Shown in pieces: positions 9,340 through 19,454 of a stretch of DNA of 64,000 bases. The translations under genes were made by a program, and so were the position numbers. How positions within the stretch are numbered: position 1 is the first letter of the stretch; each line of letters opens with the position of its first letter. The notes beneath the pieces were generated by a model that saw only the letters and a list, made by a program, of their open reading frames with translations, had not been told where the DNA came from and did not search any database. The stretch is from Sulfurovum sp. (GTDB taxonomy: Bacteria > Campylobacterota > Campylobacteria > Campylobacterales > Sulfurovaceae), in contig JAAXPZ010000006.1 in assembly GCA_012329065.1 (NCBI GenBank), forward strand, positions 12,877 through 76,876. The letters run 5' to 3'.

Positions 9340-9969
9340 ATGAACAACGACTTTACAAAAGCAATGGATTTTAGGCACGCGTGCAAGGCATTTGATGAGA
9401 ACAAGACTATAGCTGATGAACAGCTGCACTACATTTTGGAGGCAGGAAGTAAATCTCCCTCTTCTTTTGGTATGGAGGGGTGGAAGTTTCTAGTCATCAC
9501 AAACGAAGCACTTAAAGCCAAACTTCGCCCTGCTTGTTGGGATCAAGTGCAGATTACTTCTTGTTCTCACTTAGTAGTCATCTTAACAGCTATAGAAAAT
9601 GTCAAACCAAGTTCAGGAGAAGTAGAAAAAAGGCTTGCCAGACGACCTCTCTCCAAGGAGCAACTCTCAGGCTATGTAGACCTATACTCTAAACATTTGT
9701 CTGAGACACTCAGTAGCGATGAAAACATCTACCACTGGACAGCCAAACAAAGCTATATCGCCTTAGCCAACATGATGACGGCTGCTGCTTTCATAGGTGT
9801 AGACTCTTGTCCCATAGAAGGTTTTGAGAAAGAAAAAGTTGAAGAGATACTGGAGCTCGACACATCTAAGTGGCAGGTCTCAGTGCTTGTTCCTTTTGGG
9901 TATCGTATTAACGAGCAATCGGAACAGCTTAGACTTGGCCTTGATGATGTGGTAGAGTTTATAGACTAG
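9340..9969 (+). CDS. NAD(P)H nitroreductase family protein
   Basis: RHACKAF, SPSSFGMEGW and CPIEGF blocks typical of NfsB/NfnB-like nitroreductases. Confidence 0.85.
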   Translation: MNNDFTKAMDFRHACKAFDENKTIADEQLHYILEAGSKSPSSFGMEGWKFLVITNEALKAKLRPACWDQVQITSCSHLVVILTAIENVKPSSGEVEKRLARRPLSKEQLSGYVDLYSKHLSETLSSDENIYHWTAKQSYIALANMMTAAAFIGVDSCPIEGFEKEKVEEILELDTSKWQVSVLVPFGYRINEQSEQLRLGLDDVVEFID

Positions 9970-9971
9970 AA

Positions 9972-10649
9972 CTATAATGCCCAGTCTATAGACTTTTTAT
10001 TGTGCCTAAGTAAATAACTATTAATTTGGGAAAAAGGTTTAGAGCCCCAAAATCCCCTATAAGCAGAAAGAGGGGACGGATGAGGGTCTTTGATAACTAG
10101 ATGCTTAAACTCATCTATAAGCACTGCCTTCTTCTGAGCATATGTACCCCAAAGCACAAAAACCACATGCTCACACTCAGAATTCACTAGTTCTACAACC
10201 CTATCTGTAAACTTCTCCCAGCCTTTATCTTTATGTGTATTGGCATTGTCTGCCTCTACTGTGAGTACAGCATTGAGTAGCAATACACCTTGCCTCGACC
10301 ATGGTAGCAGGTTTCCCGTATTACTATTATCTACTCTAGCATCTGTAAGTAGCTCTTTGTTGATGTTTTGTAGTGACTTAGGCAAAGGCTTTACATCATC
10401 TAGGACAGAAAAGCACAGACCATGGGCATGACCTTTAGTGGGATATGGGTCTTGTCCTAGTATGACAACTTTGACATCACCCAATGGCATAACATTAAGT
10501 GCTGTAAACCATTGATGTTTAGGTGGAAGTATAGTTTTGTCCTGCTTTTTCTCCTCTTCTAAAAACTGTGACAATTCTAACATATATGATTCTTGCCACT
10601 CATCTTTTAGTGCTTGTCGCCATGTAGGCTGTGTGAGTAGATTTTTCAT
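9972..10649 (-). CDS. ung: Uracil-DNA glycosylase
   Basis: Family-1 UDG motifs GQDPYP and HPSPLSA. Confidence 0.95.
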   Translation of the reverse strand: MKNLLTQPTWRQALKDEWQESYMLELSQFLEEEKKQDKTILPPKHQWFTALNVMPLGDVKVVILGQDPYPTKGHAHGLCFSVLDDVKPLPKSLQNINKELLTDARVDNSNTGNLLPWSRQGVLLLNAVLTVEADNANTHKDKGWEKFTDRVVELVNSECEHVVFVLWGTYAQKKAVLIDEFKHLVIKDPHPSPLSAYRGFWGSKPFSQINSYLLRHNKKSIDWAL

Positions 10650-10670
10650 GAGTTTTCCTCTATATTTAAA

Positions 10671-11231
10671 TCATTTTCTGTGCTCATAAATTCTATACCC
10701 CCAATTCTTACTCCCACCACTCTGCTCTACACACTCCCATCCAAGCTTCTCAAGCTCCTTGCCCACAAGCCAATGCATCCCACCATGCCCCATGAGTGCC
10801 ACGCTTTCATGCTTATTTGCAAAGTCTATGAGATATGCACTAGCCTTTTGAGCCCTTAGTTTCGCCTCTTTATACACCTTAGACTTTTTACCAAAGCCTG
10901 CGAGCATCATAAGTCGTAGTATGATTAGCCATGTTTTAGAAGAAAGCTTTAGCCAAGTGCCTTTTGTCTCTGCTAAGCTTATCTCATCAAAAAGGCTATT
11001 TTTTTCTATAGGCTCTACCCCTATCACCTCTAAAGAATCAGTAGTACGCGAAAGACTGCTTGCCAGTACAACATCAGCACCTTTGATGTACTGGATGACT
11101 TCTTTGCTAGGAGGTGCAGTGTCTATAGATGCATGGTTGTATGCCACTACCCATGCATTCATCTGTGAAGCTGTAATCTTTTGGCTGTTATCTAGTAGGA
11201 CTTTAGCGTGTCGAGTGAGGATGATTTTCAT
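10671..11231 (-). CDS. Histidine phosphatase (PGAM/SixA-like) family protein
   Basis: N-terminal LTRHA (RHG-type motif), SSLSRT, and distal GHGG. Confidence 0.6.
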   Translation of the reverse strand: MKIILTRHAKVLLDNSQKITASQMNAWVVAYNHASIDTAPPSKEVIQYIKGADVVLASSLSRTTDSLEVIGVEPIEKNSLFDEISLAETKGTWLKLSSKTWLIILRLMMLAGFGKKSKVYKEAKLRAQKASAYLIDFANKHESVALMGHGGMHWLVGKELEKLGWECVEQSGGSKNWGYRIYEHRK

Positions 11232-11233
11232 GG

Positions 11234-11956
11234 CTATCTCATCACTATATGTCGTCTCATTTTTTTGATCAAATGAAAATCTATCTCACCCCTGATGACC
11301 TCCAGCATATCGTCCATCGCTACTCCTCCACTGGGTGAACATATAGCTGATGAACTTGCCATCGTTTCCTTGGAGCTATTAGCTACTATTACAAAGCACT
11401 GATTCATGATAGCCAATGCCTGAGACAAAACTTCCAGATGCTTTTTGCGTGGCAATCCCCACTGAGATGGTATCAAAATCACATCTGCCCCTTCTAGTTG
11501 CCTCCATAGTTCTTTAAATCGTACTTCAAAGCATATGAGTAATCCATACTTGATACCATCTATATCAAAAAGCTTAATGTCCTCCTGCTTTCCTGCTTCT
11601 AAGTGCTTGTCCTCTTCTCCAAGCAAAAAAAGTTTGTGCTTTGATTGACGATGAACTACTTTATGATTATGAATGACTATTGCGTCGTTAGTATACTTAT
11701 CTTCGTGTCTGCTAAGAACAGTGAGTACCAATATCTGTCTACCAATTCTTTCCTTCAGCAACTCTTCTGCTTTTTGTGAAAATACTACTGCCTCATCTAT
11801 ATTTTTGTAGTCATAATCCGTCAAGCAGACTTCTGGTGCAACTATAAGATCACTACCATCAAGTGCATCGATATGCTTTAAAAGCATTTGAAGATTTCTC
11901 TCATATTTGGGGATATTTGGAAGCTGTAGTGCTACTGCTTTGATTTTTTTAATCAT
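11234..11956 (-). CDS. Carbon-nitrogen hydrolase (nitrilase superfamily) protein
   Basis: APEV (catalytic Glu region) and LICFE (catalytic Cys region). Confidence 0.75.
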   Translation of the reverse strand: MIKKIKAVALQLPNIPKYERNLQMLLKHIDALDGSDLIVAPEVCLTDYDYKNIDEAVVFSQKAEELLKERIGRQILVLTVLSRHEDKYTNDAIVIHNHKVVHRQSKHKLFLLGEEDKHLEAGKQEDIKLFDIDGIKYGLLICFEVRFKELWRQLEGADVILIPSQWGLPRKKHLEVLSQALAIMNQCFVIVANSSKETMASSSAICSPSGGVAMDDMLEVIRGEIDFHLIKKMRRHIVMR

Positions 11957-12001
11957 TTGATACCTTCAGATCTCTAACATAGATAGTTATTTTACAATTT
12001 T

Positions 12002-12532
12002 TTGATAAACTTAAGCATGAAAGACATAGAAATTGATGAAATAAAAAAATTATTGCCTATTATAAAACAAGCACCGCTTGTAAGAGTAGGACACTTTAGT
12101 GATCATGGAGAAACCCTAAGTTCAGTATTGAGTAGCTTTTGCATAGAAAACGATCATGACTATATCCTCAATTGTACTGATGACGAATATTTTAATAAAA
12201 TACAAAATAAATATATAGAAATGCAAAAATGCCGAATAAAGAATTTCAACCTAAAGAGACCCAACTACATGCTTCAAGGAAAATTCTATGACTATCTATT
12301 CGTTTCCATAGACCTAAACACAGAAGGTCGAGAATCTTTTTTACAAAAATGCCATAAAGTAATCAAAAATGCTGGGCTCATTCTCATATTTGTACCTCAC
12401 AATGATCACATACTGGCATCTAGCTGGAAAATGTTGCTAGACGAAAACTACTATGTTGCAACTAGTACTATTGATGTTGGCAACACATGGGATGTGATTA
12501 TTTCAAAAAAAATGCATGGTTGGGGTGGATAG
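12002..12532 (+). CDS. Hypothetical protein (weak methyltransferase-fold resemblance)
   Basis: The ORF starts at TTG, and an ATG at 12017 is an alternative start. The YDYLFVS...IKNAGLILIF pattern resembles the distal part of class I MTases, but no clear GxGxG. Confidence 0.3.
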   Translation: MINLSMKDIEIDEIKKLLPIIKQAPLVRVGHFSDHGETLSSVLSSFCIENDHDYILNCTDDEYFNKIQNKYIEMQKCRIKNFNLKRPNYMLQGKFYDYLFVSIDLNTEGRESFLQKCHKVIKNAGLILIFVPHNDHILASSWKMLLDENYYVATSTIDVGNTWDVIISKKMHGWGG

Positions 12533-12669
12533 CCTGCCGTGGTGGTTGGAGGGGAGTGTTGGCAGACTATCCCTTAGAGAGCCTTAAATTGGAGGCTTCC
12601 AATTATAAAAATAAAATAAGTTCTATTGGCTCTCTAATGAGAACTATAACAGAGAAATGTGAACCGTTT

Positions 12670-12705
12670 GTGAATGAGTCCTGATGTTTACAGGATTTAG
12701 TTCAC
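12670..12705. terminator. Hairpin just downstream of the nrdA stop (terminator-like, no U tract)
   Basis: GTGAA..TCCTG-N7-CAGGA..TTCAC imperfect hairpin at 12670-12705, 5 nt from the nrdA stop at 12710-12712. Confidence 0.35.
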
Positions 12706-12709
12706 ATAT

Positions 12710-15085
12710 TTACTGACAAGAAACACACTCCATGCTACGATCCTCCACCGTATCATCATCTGCCAATGCCTCTGGTGATTGGCTTCGTAGATAATATGTA
12801 GACTTGAGTCCAAACTTCCATGCTTCCATGTAAATATCATTGAGATACTTGCCGCTAACCTTGTCTAGTGAGATAAAGATATTGAGCGACTGTCCCTGAT
12901 CGATCCACTTCTGTCGGATAGCACCAGCACGAACCAAAAGCCTCTGATCCAATTCATAGCTAGGTATATAGTAGCTCCAATTGGCTGCAGATAGATTTGG
13001 CACTACTACCGGTATGTGACCTGACAGATTCTCCTCAAACCATTTTCTTTTGTAAACTGGCTCGATAGTCTGTGTGGTTCCTGTCAATATAGAAATCGAA
13101 CTAGTAGGTGCTATTGCCATAAGGTAGCCATTGCGCATACCATCTGTCTTGACTTTTTCCTTCAGTGCCATCCAGTCATGAGTATAACCAAACAGCCCAC
13201 CTCTGTCAACAAGTTTACACGCTTCAGGATTTGCCTTGTCTATGGGAAAAATTCCTTTATCCCAATCTGAGCCCTCAAATGTAGGATAAACGCCCTTCTC
13301 TAATGCCAAATCACTTGACGACCTAATCGCATAATAACTGACTGATTCCATTATCTCATCGATCTTTTCAAAATGCTCGCTACTACCCCACTCTATACTT
13401 GCTTCTGCTAGCATCTGAGCTTCTCCCATAACACCCAAGCCAATAGACCTACTCTTCTCGTTGGTCTTTTTAACTTTTGCAAGTGGATAGAAGTTTAAAT
13501 CAATCACATTGTCAAGCATTCGTATCGCTGTAGGGACTACTCTAGCAATATCTTCTGTGCTATGAATCTTGGAGAGGTTTATGGATGCCAGATTGCATAC
13601 TGCAGTGTCACCATCTATCTTCTCCTTGTCAACCATCCAGATTTGTTTACCGTTTATACTGTCGAGTGCTGTAATCTTTTTGGCGAGCTTTGTCATGCCA
13701 CTGTCAACAGTGACTGCCTCATCTTCTTCAAAGATTTCTATACTGCGGTCATCATAAGTAATTCTGATCTTATAATAATCTGGACTCGTATTTTGAAATA
13801 TCTCTGTGCATAGATTTGAGCTTCTGATTATTCCTGTATGCTTGTTAGGGTTTGCCCTATTGGCAGCATCTTTAAATGCCAAAAAAGGATTACCTGTCTC
13901 GAAATAACTTCTAAGTATATCTTTCCATAATCCCTTGGCAGAGATTACTTCTTTATTGATGCCCTCTTTTTGCTCCAGCTCTTCATATCTGACTACAAAA
14001 TCATCTCCGTACAGGTCTATCAATTCCTTGACCTCAAAAGGATCAAAAAGTGTCCACAATTCATCATTTTCTACTCGTTGCATAAAAAAATCATTTAACC
14101 ACATGGCAGGGAAAAGATCATGAGCCCTACGACGCTCTTCACCAGAATTCTTTTTTAGATCCAAGAAGTCCCTAATGTCGATATGCCAAGGCTCCAGATA
14201 TACAGCAATCGCACCTTTTCTGGTGCCTAGCTGATCTACAGCTATTGCTACATCGTTGGCAATTTTTAGGAATGGCACTATACCACCAGCAGCATGTTTG
14301 TGTCCATCAATGTATGATCCCATCCCTCTAACCTGTGTCCAGTCCCAGCCAATACCGCCACCAAACTTACTAAGTAGCGCCATCTCTTTGTAGGCATCAA
14401 AGATACCTTCAATGTTATCAGGTGTAGAGCCTATATAGCAAGAGCTAAGCTGATGCCTGGGTGTTCTGGCATTTGATAGTGTAGGTGTTGCTGCCATCAC
14501 TTCAAATTTACTGAGAATATCATAAAACTTCTTTGCCCAAGTCTGACAATCAAACTCATTTTGAGCCAAAAACATGGCCACTGCCATAAATAGATGCTGT
14601 GGTAACTCTATAGGGCTTCCATCTTTATCTTTGAGCAGATATCTGTCATAGAGTGTTTTGATGCCTAAATATGTAAACTGAAGGTCTCTGGCTGGGTGGA
14701 TATAGTCATTAAGCTCATCGAGATTGTATTTCTCCTTTAGTCCAAGCAGTATCCGACCTTCTGCTTCACCTTTCTCGAAATACTCTTTAAGGTGGGTATA
14801 GCCAGAAAAATGAGAGACTTTATGATAAATGTCGTACAGAAAAAGGCGCGAAGCGACAAATGTCCAATCAGGACGATCTATGTCAATCTTATCTGCGGCC
14901 GTATTAATCAGTGTTTGTTGTATCTCTGCAGAAGTAATCATATCTTTAAAATGTATCTTTGCATCTACTTCCAGTTCACTTTGGCTTACATTTGCAAGCC
15001 CTTCAACTGCAGCTGATGTGTATTTTTGTATTTTGGTGACATCTAGTGTCTCTATTCTACCGCTTCGTTTTACTACTCTTGTCAT
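12710..15085 (-). CDS. nrdA: Ribonucleoside-diphosphate reductase alpha subunit (class I)
   Basis: N-terminal ATP-cone (VVKRSGRIE..D..KI), NLC.EI active-site region, C-terminal Cys pair (CVSCQ). 791 aa. Confidence 0.95.
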   Translation of the reverse strand: MTRVVKRSGRIETLDVTKIQKYTSAAVEGLANVSQSELEVDAKIHFKDMITSAEIQQTLINTAADKIDIDRPDWTFVASRLFLYDIYHKVSHFSGYTHLKEYFEKGEAEGRILLGLKEKYNLDELNDYIHPARDLQFTYLGIKTLYDRYLLKDKDGSPIELPQHLFMAVAMFLAQNEFDCQTWAKKFYDILSKFEVMAATPTLSNARTPRHQLSSCYIGSTPDNIEGIFDAYKEMALLSKFGGGIGWDWTQVRGMGSYIDGHKHAAGGIVPFLKIANDVAIAVDQLGTRKGAIAVYLEPWHIDIRDFLDLKKNSGEERRRAHDLFPAMWLNDFFMQRVENDELWTLFDPFEVKELIDLYGDDFVVRYEELEQKEGINKEVISAKGLWKDILRSYFETGNPFLAFKDAANRANPNKHTGIIRSSNLCTEIFQNTSPDYYKIRITYDDRSIEIFEEDEAVTVDSGMTKLAKKITALDSINGKQIWMVDKEKIDGDTAVCNLASINLSKIHSTEDIARVVPTAIRMLDNVIDLNFYPLAKVKKTNEKSRSIGLGVMGEAQMLAEASIEWGSSEHFEKIDEIMESVSYYAIRSSSDLALEKGVYPTFEGSDWDKGIFPIDKANPEACKLVDRGGLFGYTHDWMALKEKVKTDGMRNGYLMAIAPTSSISILTGTTQTIEPVYKRKWFEENLSGHIPVVVPNLSAANWSYYIPSYELDQRLLVRAGAIRQKWIDQGQSLNIFISLDKVSGKYLNDIYMEAWKFGLKSTYYLRSQSPEALADDDTVEDRSMECVSCQ

Positions 15086-15340
15086 TTTGCCCCCGATGAA
15101 ATATCATACTCTACTACAAATCTATAAATATTGTAGTTATGATTTAAATTATATGGATATAAAATATTACTTTTAATATTTTCTCTAAATTTATACCACT
15201 AAGAAGAAAGATTCTACTAAAATTTTGCTTGATATTTTGTTAAAATAGGCAATGCTTTTTAAGGCTAACAGTTATAACAATTAGTTATAGTTGCCTGAGC
15301 GTCGCTCCTTTGGGAATTGGAGCGAATCTGATGTAAAATA

Positions 15341-16669
15341 CTACTTAAACACTCTAGAAAATATTCTATCTACATTTTTTGTATAATATTCAAAACTAAA
15401 ACACTCTCTAATTTGCTCCTCACTAAGTGCATCCCTAAGCTCCTCGTCGGAGAGAAGATACTGAAGATAAAGAGACTCACCTTTTTCATTGGTCGTTGAC
15501 TTGCCTTGCTGAATCTCTTCCCATACTTTCATTGCATTTCTCTGGACTACCTTATAGGCATCTTCACGGCTTACACCTGCCTTTGGTAGCTCTAGGAGTA
15601 CTCTTTGACTAAACACGAGACCTCCTGTTAGATTGAGATTTTTCATCATATTTTCAGGCATAACAGTGAGATTGGCAATGACATTATTCATGCGATGAAG
15701 CATAAAATCACTAGTGACAAAAGCATCAGGAAGCCAAAACCTCTCTGTGGACGAGTGCGATATATCTCTCTCGTGCCAAAGTGCAACATTTTCCATAGCG
15801 GGCATAGCATATGCTCTTATCATACGGGCTAGTCCTGTTATGTTTTCAGTGAGAATTGGATTTCTTTTGTGTGGCATAGCTGAGCTGCCTTTTTGTCCCT
15901 TGGCAAAAAACTCTTCACACTCATAGACCTCTGTTCTCTGCCAGTGCCTTACTTGCACAGCAAACTTTTCTATAGTTGATGCCAGCAATGCCAATGCCGT
16001 TGCCAGCCTAGCATATCTGTCCCTTTGGATTACTTGATTGGAGGCAGGTGCACTCTTGAGTCCAAGCTCTTCCATGGCATACTCTTCCAGTTCTATAGGA
16101 GCATGAGCGAAGTTCCCCATCGCACCAGATATCTGACCTACTGCTATCACATCCATGGTCTGCTCCAGATTTTCCAAGTGTCTTGCCATCTCATCATACC
16201 AAACTGCAAGTACCAAGCCAAAAGTAATAGGTTCACCATGTATGCCATGGCTCCTGCCTACCATCAGTGTCATCTTGTGTTCTTGGGCTCTTTTTTTGAT
16301 CGACTCCATCATCATCTTGACATCTGCTATTATAATCTCTAGAGAGGCTTTCATCTGTAAGGCAACAGCTGAGTCCACCGTATCAGAACTAGTCATACCA
16401 TAATGAAACCACCTACTCTCTTCACCAAGTGTTTCAGATACAGAAGTAGTAAATGCGATAAGGTCATGCCGCGTAACTGCCTCTATCTCATCAATTCTTT
16501 CTATAGAGAACCCTGCATTATCTATGATCTTTTTAGCATCTTCATCAGGTATGAGTCCTAGTCGATTCCATGCCTTTACTGCTGCTATCTCTACATCTAA
16601 CCATGCCTGATACTTTGCCTGCATTGTCCAGTGCTGTGCCATCTCTTTGCGTGAATATCTCTCTATCAT
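15341..16669 (-). CDS. purB: Adenylosuccinate lyase
   Basis: Fumarate-lyase signature GSSAMPHKRNP plus overall PurB pattern. Confidence 0.95.
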   Translation of the reverse strand: MIERYSRKEMAQHWTMQAKYQAWLDVEIAAVKAWNRLGLIPDEDAKKIIDNAGFSIERIDEIEAVTRHDLIAFTTSVSETLGEESRWFHYGMTSSDTVDSAVALQMKASLEIIIADVKMMMESIKKRAQEHKMTLMVGRSHGIHGEPITFGLVLAVWYDEMARHLENLEQTMDVIAVGQISGAMGNFAHAPIELEEYAMEELGLKSAPASNQVIQRDRYARLATALALLASTIEKFAVQVRHWQRTEVYECEEFFAKGQKGSSAMPHKRNPILTENITGLARMIRAYAMPAMENVALWHERDISHSSTERFWLPDAFVTSDFMLHRMNNVIANLTVMPENMMKNLNLTGGLVFSQRVLLELPKAGVSREDAYKVVQRNAMKVWEEIQQGKSTTNEKGESLYLQYLLSDEELRDALSEEQIRECFSFEYYTKNVDRIFSRVFK

Positions 16670-16781
16670 TGTATGCCAACCTTGTGTGAAATTTTGGTAC
16701 TATTTGCTCCACTAGATATTTAGAGTATCTCCAATTGCCCTTTACTTAGTGAATAATATTTTATCCAAATAGCCGTTAGAG

Positions 16782-17732
16782 GTGGATGACAGGAGAGGTA
16801 GAGGATTGCCATTTATAAAAGAGTCCTTTAAGGTAACAGAAGAGATGCCAGCCTTTTTGTATATCATGAGGACATTCCACTATACACAAGGTCAAGCTCA
16901 GAGACTCATAGGAAAAGGCAGACTGCTTATCGGTGGAAAGTCCCTCATAGACTCTGGAGAGAAGATCTCTGGAGAGATCGAGATTGTTTACTTCAAGCCC
17001 AAGTCAAAAAATAAAAAAGCACTCTTCCAAACTATAGATTTTATGGTATTTGAAAAGCCATCTGGCATACTGGTACACCCTAACACAATGGCTACAGAGT
17101 ATTCTATGCTAGATGAGATTAGAACTATCGCTGGCGAATATGCCAATGCTGTACATCGTATAGACATGGAAACATCTGGACTACTCATAGCGAGCAAACA
17201 CAAAAATGCGGAACGCTTTTTAAAAGGTTCTTTTGAGGCAAGAAAGATCAAAAAAAGTTATTTGGCATGGGTCTCGGGCAAACTATTGAAGTCTTTTTCT
17301 GTAGATGCTCCTATACTGAAAAATAACGACTATTGCCAAACTAAACACAAGGTATTTGTACATACAGAGGGCAAAAAATCCCATACAGACTTCAAGCCCA
17401 TTATTTATGACAAAAAACTTGATGCTACTCTACTTGCCTGCTACCCAATCACAGGCCGAACTCATCAAATAAGGGCACATTTGTTTCACATGAAACATCC
17501 TATACTAGGTGACCCAATTTACGGGACTGCATTTAAGGCTTCTAATGACTATCTAGAGGGAAAGCTATCTGAAAAAGATCGGTTGATCATGACAGGATCG
17601 AGCAGGCTTATGCTACATGCACATAGGCTACAATTTGATTATGGGGCAAAATATTTTATAGAAAGTGCTGTTGATTTTGAGAGCGAAAAAAACCTAATCT
17701 GTGATAAAAAATCAAGAGCCACTAGAGGCTAA
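16782..17732 (+). CDS. RluA-family pseudouridine synthase (RluC/D-like)
   Basis: S4-like N-terminus, catalytic HRIDMETSGLL, and GRTHQIRAH. The start is uncertain: GTG at 16782 or a downstream TTG/ATG. Confidence 0.85.
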   Translation: MDDRRGRGLPFIKESFKVTEEMPAFLYIMRTFHYTQGQAQRLIGKGRLLIGGKSLIDSGEKISGEIEIVYFKPKSKNKKALFQTIDFMVFEKPSGILVHPNTMATEYSMLDEIRTIAGEYANAVHRIDMETSGLLIASKHKNAERFLKGSFEARKIKKSYLAWVSGKLLKSFSVDAPILKNNDYCQTKHKVFVHTEGKKSHTDFKPIIYDKKLDATLLACYPITGRTHQIRAHLFHMKHPILGDPIYGTAFKASNDYLEGKLSEKDRLIMTGSSRLMLHAHRLQFDYGAKYFIESAVDFESEKNLICDKKSRATRG

Positions 17733-17824
17733 TCATCTTTTTTTATAGCAATAATGAAACCCGTTATGCCCACCACTACTACGGTTGTTATTATAGTATA
17801 TAAAACGGCATCCATTGTTGTCAT
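17729..17824 (-). CDS. Candidate 31-aa single-pass membrane peptide ([31 protein letters not shown])
   Basis: Not in the ORF track because it is too short. Its ATG overlaps the rlmN TGA stop as ATGA (17821-17824). Hydrophobic core followed by KKDD. Confidence 0.3.
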   Translation of the reverse strand: MTTMDAVLYTIITTVVVVGITGFIIAIKKDD

Positions 17825-18891
17825 ATGTTTTCCTTGCTTTGTTCTCTTAGTTGTCCACAGGCGGCAGAGATGTCTAGGCCTTTGGATTCACGAATAGTGC
17901 AAAGCAGACCTCTTTTGAGTAAAAATTCTTGAAATTCAACCATGCCTTTCTCCTCTGGTCTTCTAAATTCTGTGCCACCATAAGGGTTAAAATATATCAA
18001 ATTGACCTTTGCTTTTATTCCATCGAGCAAAGAGAGTAGCTTTTTGGCTGCTGAGATATCATCATTGACACCTTTTATTACTAGGTATTCAAACATCACC
18101 CTCTTTCTACTATTTATAGGGAACTCTTTGACTGCATCGATAATAGACTTGATATTGTATGCTCTATTGATAGGCATAAGTTGCTGTCTAAGCTCATCAT
18201 CTACTGCATGCAAAGATATTGCCAGATTGACACCTAGATCCATATCTCCAAGTTTTTTAATTTTGGAGCTTAGTCCAGAAGTCGAAATAGTTTGGCGGTG
18301 TACTGAGATCGCCATGCCATCAGGATCAGCAAATATCTTAACCGCCCTACTCACTGCATTGAGGTTATCTAGTGGCTCTCCCATACCCATAAATACTAGG
18401 TTTACACGACGATTGGCATCAATATTATTATCCATCTTGACCTGTCTGACTTGCTCTATTATCTCACCAGTAGTAAGATCTCTCATAAATCCACCCTTTG
18501 CTGTCAAACAAAAAGCACAGCCAACCTTACAGCCAACCTGAGACGAGATACAGACTGTGTATCTTTCTTGATGTTTCAATGAGCCATCTTCATGATATAC
18601 CTTATCTCGCATCAAAAGCAAAACTACTTCTACCGTATGTCCGTCATACAACTCAAAAAGATATTTTCTGCTCCCATCTACACTATCTTGTACTGTCAAC
18701 ATCTTAAGAGGCAAAAGTGTAAACTCGTTTTTCAACTCTTCTCGCATTCTTTTTGGTAAGTTTTGCATATTGTCAAAACTATCTGCGTATTTATGGTATA
18801 TCCATGAATAGAGCTGTTTTGCCCTAAAAGACGGCTTTATCATCTCTGATAGCTCTTCTTTGCTGTAGTCCTGCATGATCTTTTTTATCAT
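17821..18891 (-). CDS. rlmN: 23S rRNA/tRNA (adenine-C2)-methyltransferase, radical SAM
   Basis: Radical [17 protein letters not shown], and C-terminal SAACGQL. Confidence 0.95.
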   Translation of the reverse strand: MIKKIMQDYSKEELSEMIKPSFRAKQLYSWIYHKYADSFDNMQNLPKRMREELKNEFTLLPLKMLTVQDSVDGSRKYLFELYDGHTVEVVLLLMRDKVYHEDGSLKHQERYTVCISSQVGCKVGCAFCLTAKGGFMRDLTTGEIIEQVRQVKMDNNIDANRRVNLVFMGMGEPLDNLNAVSRAVKIFADPDGMAISVHRQTISTSGLSSKIKKLGDMDLGVNLAISLHAVDDELRQQLMPINRAYNIKSIIDAVKEFPINSRKRVMFEYLVIKGVNDDISAAKKLLSLLDGIKAKVNLIYFNPYGGTEFRRPEEKGMVEFQEFLLKRGLLCTIRESKGLDISAACGQLREQSKENI

Positions 18892-18914
18892 ATGTTTCTT
18901 TCTTTTATGTCTGT

Positions 18915-19454
18915 TTATAAATCTACTGTAAACACTTTATCTGTCAATAGCCTTATCGCTTCTTGTCGGTTTTTTATAAAGTCTTTATGTGCACTAACAT
19001 TACAATAATTTGTCACTATAAAAATACCTTTGGCAGGTATGCCAAATCGCTCTGCTACTTTCAATATAGCATAAAACTCCATGTTCTCAATAGCTATATT
19101 TATTTCAAGATATTTTTTTGCAATTTCAGAACTTGTACAAATGTAGTTTGAAGAGTTAACAATTGTTTCATGTGAAACATTACCCTTATCATAATTACAA
19201 GATGATACCGTGTTGTCTGTAGGTGTATAGGCATCTCCTCTTAAGGATGACTGCTCTATGTTGCAAGCCCTCACAGACTCTACAGTACTCATTAGTTCTA
19301 GCCCACCATAACTTCCTGCAGTACCGACAAACAGGATGTATTCTGGCTTCTTGTCTATACAGTATCTGGTCAAGTTGATAGCTGACTCCACCATTCCTAT
19401 ACCTATAGGAGTAGCCCCGTCAATCTGTTCTATTTTACCCGCACAAATAACCAT
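18915..19454 (-). CDS. PNP/UDP-1 nucleoside phosphorylase/nucleosidase family protein (short PunB/MqnB-like form)
   Basis: GIGMVESA and FVGTAGSYG blocks resemble the MTA nucleosidase/PNP fold. Its ATG abuts the hisF stop. Confidence 0.5.
   Translation of the reverse strand: MVICAGKIEQIDGATPIGIGMVESAINLTRYCIDKKPEYILFVGTAGSYGGLELMSTVESVRACNIEQSSLRGDAYTPTDNTVSSCNYDKGNVSHETIVNSSNYICTSSEIAKKYLEINIAIENMEFYAILKVAERFGIPAKGIFIVTNYCNVSAHKDFIKNRQEAIRLLTDKVFTVDL

Noticed and set aside
12487-12684. 65-aa ORF across the hypothetical-gene/nrdA spacer.
   Set aside because: It overlaps the 3' end of the upstream ORF in another frame and runs through hairpin-rich intergenic sequence. No SD and no recognisable domain.
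15113-15137. An NrdR box upstream of nrdA.
   Set aside because: The palindrome does not resemble the paired 16-bp acaCwAtATaTwGtgt boxes, and only one copy is present.
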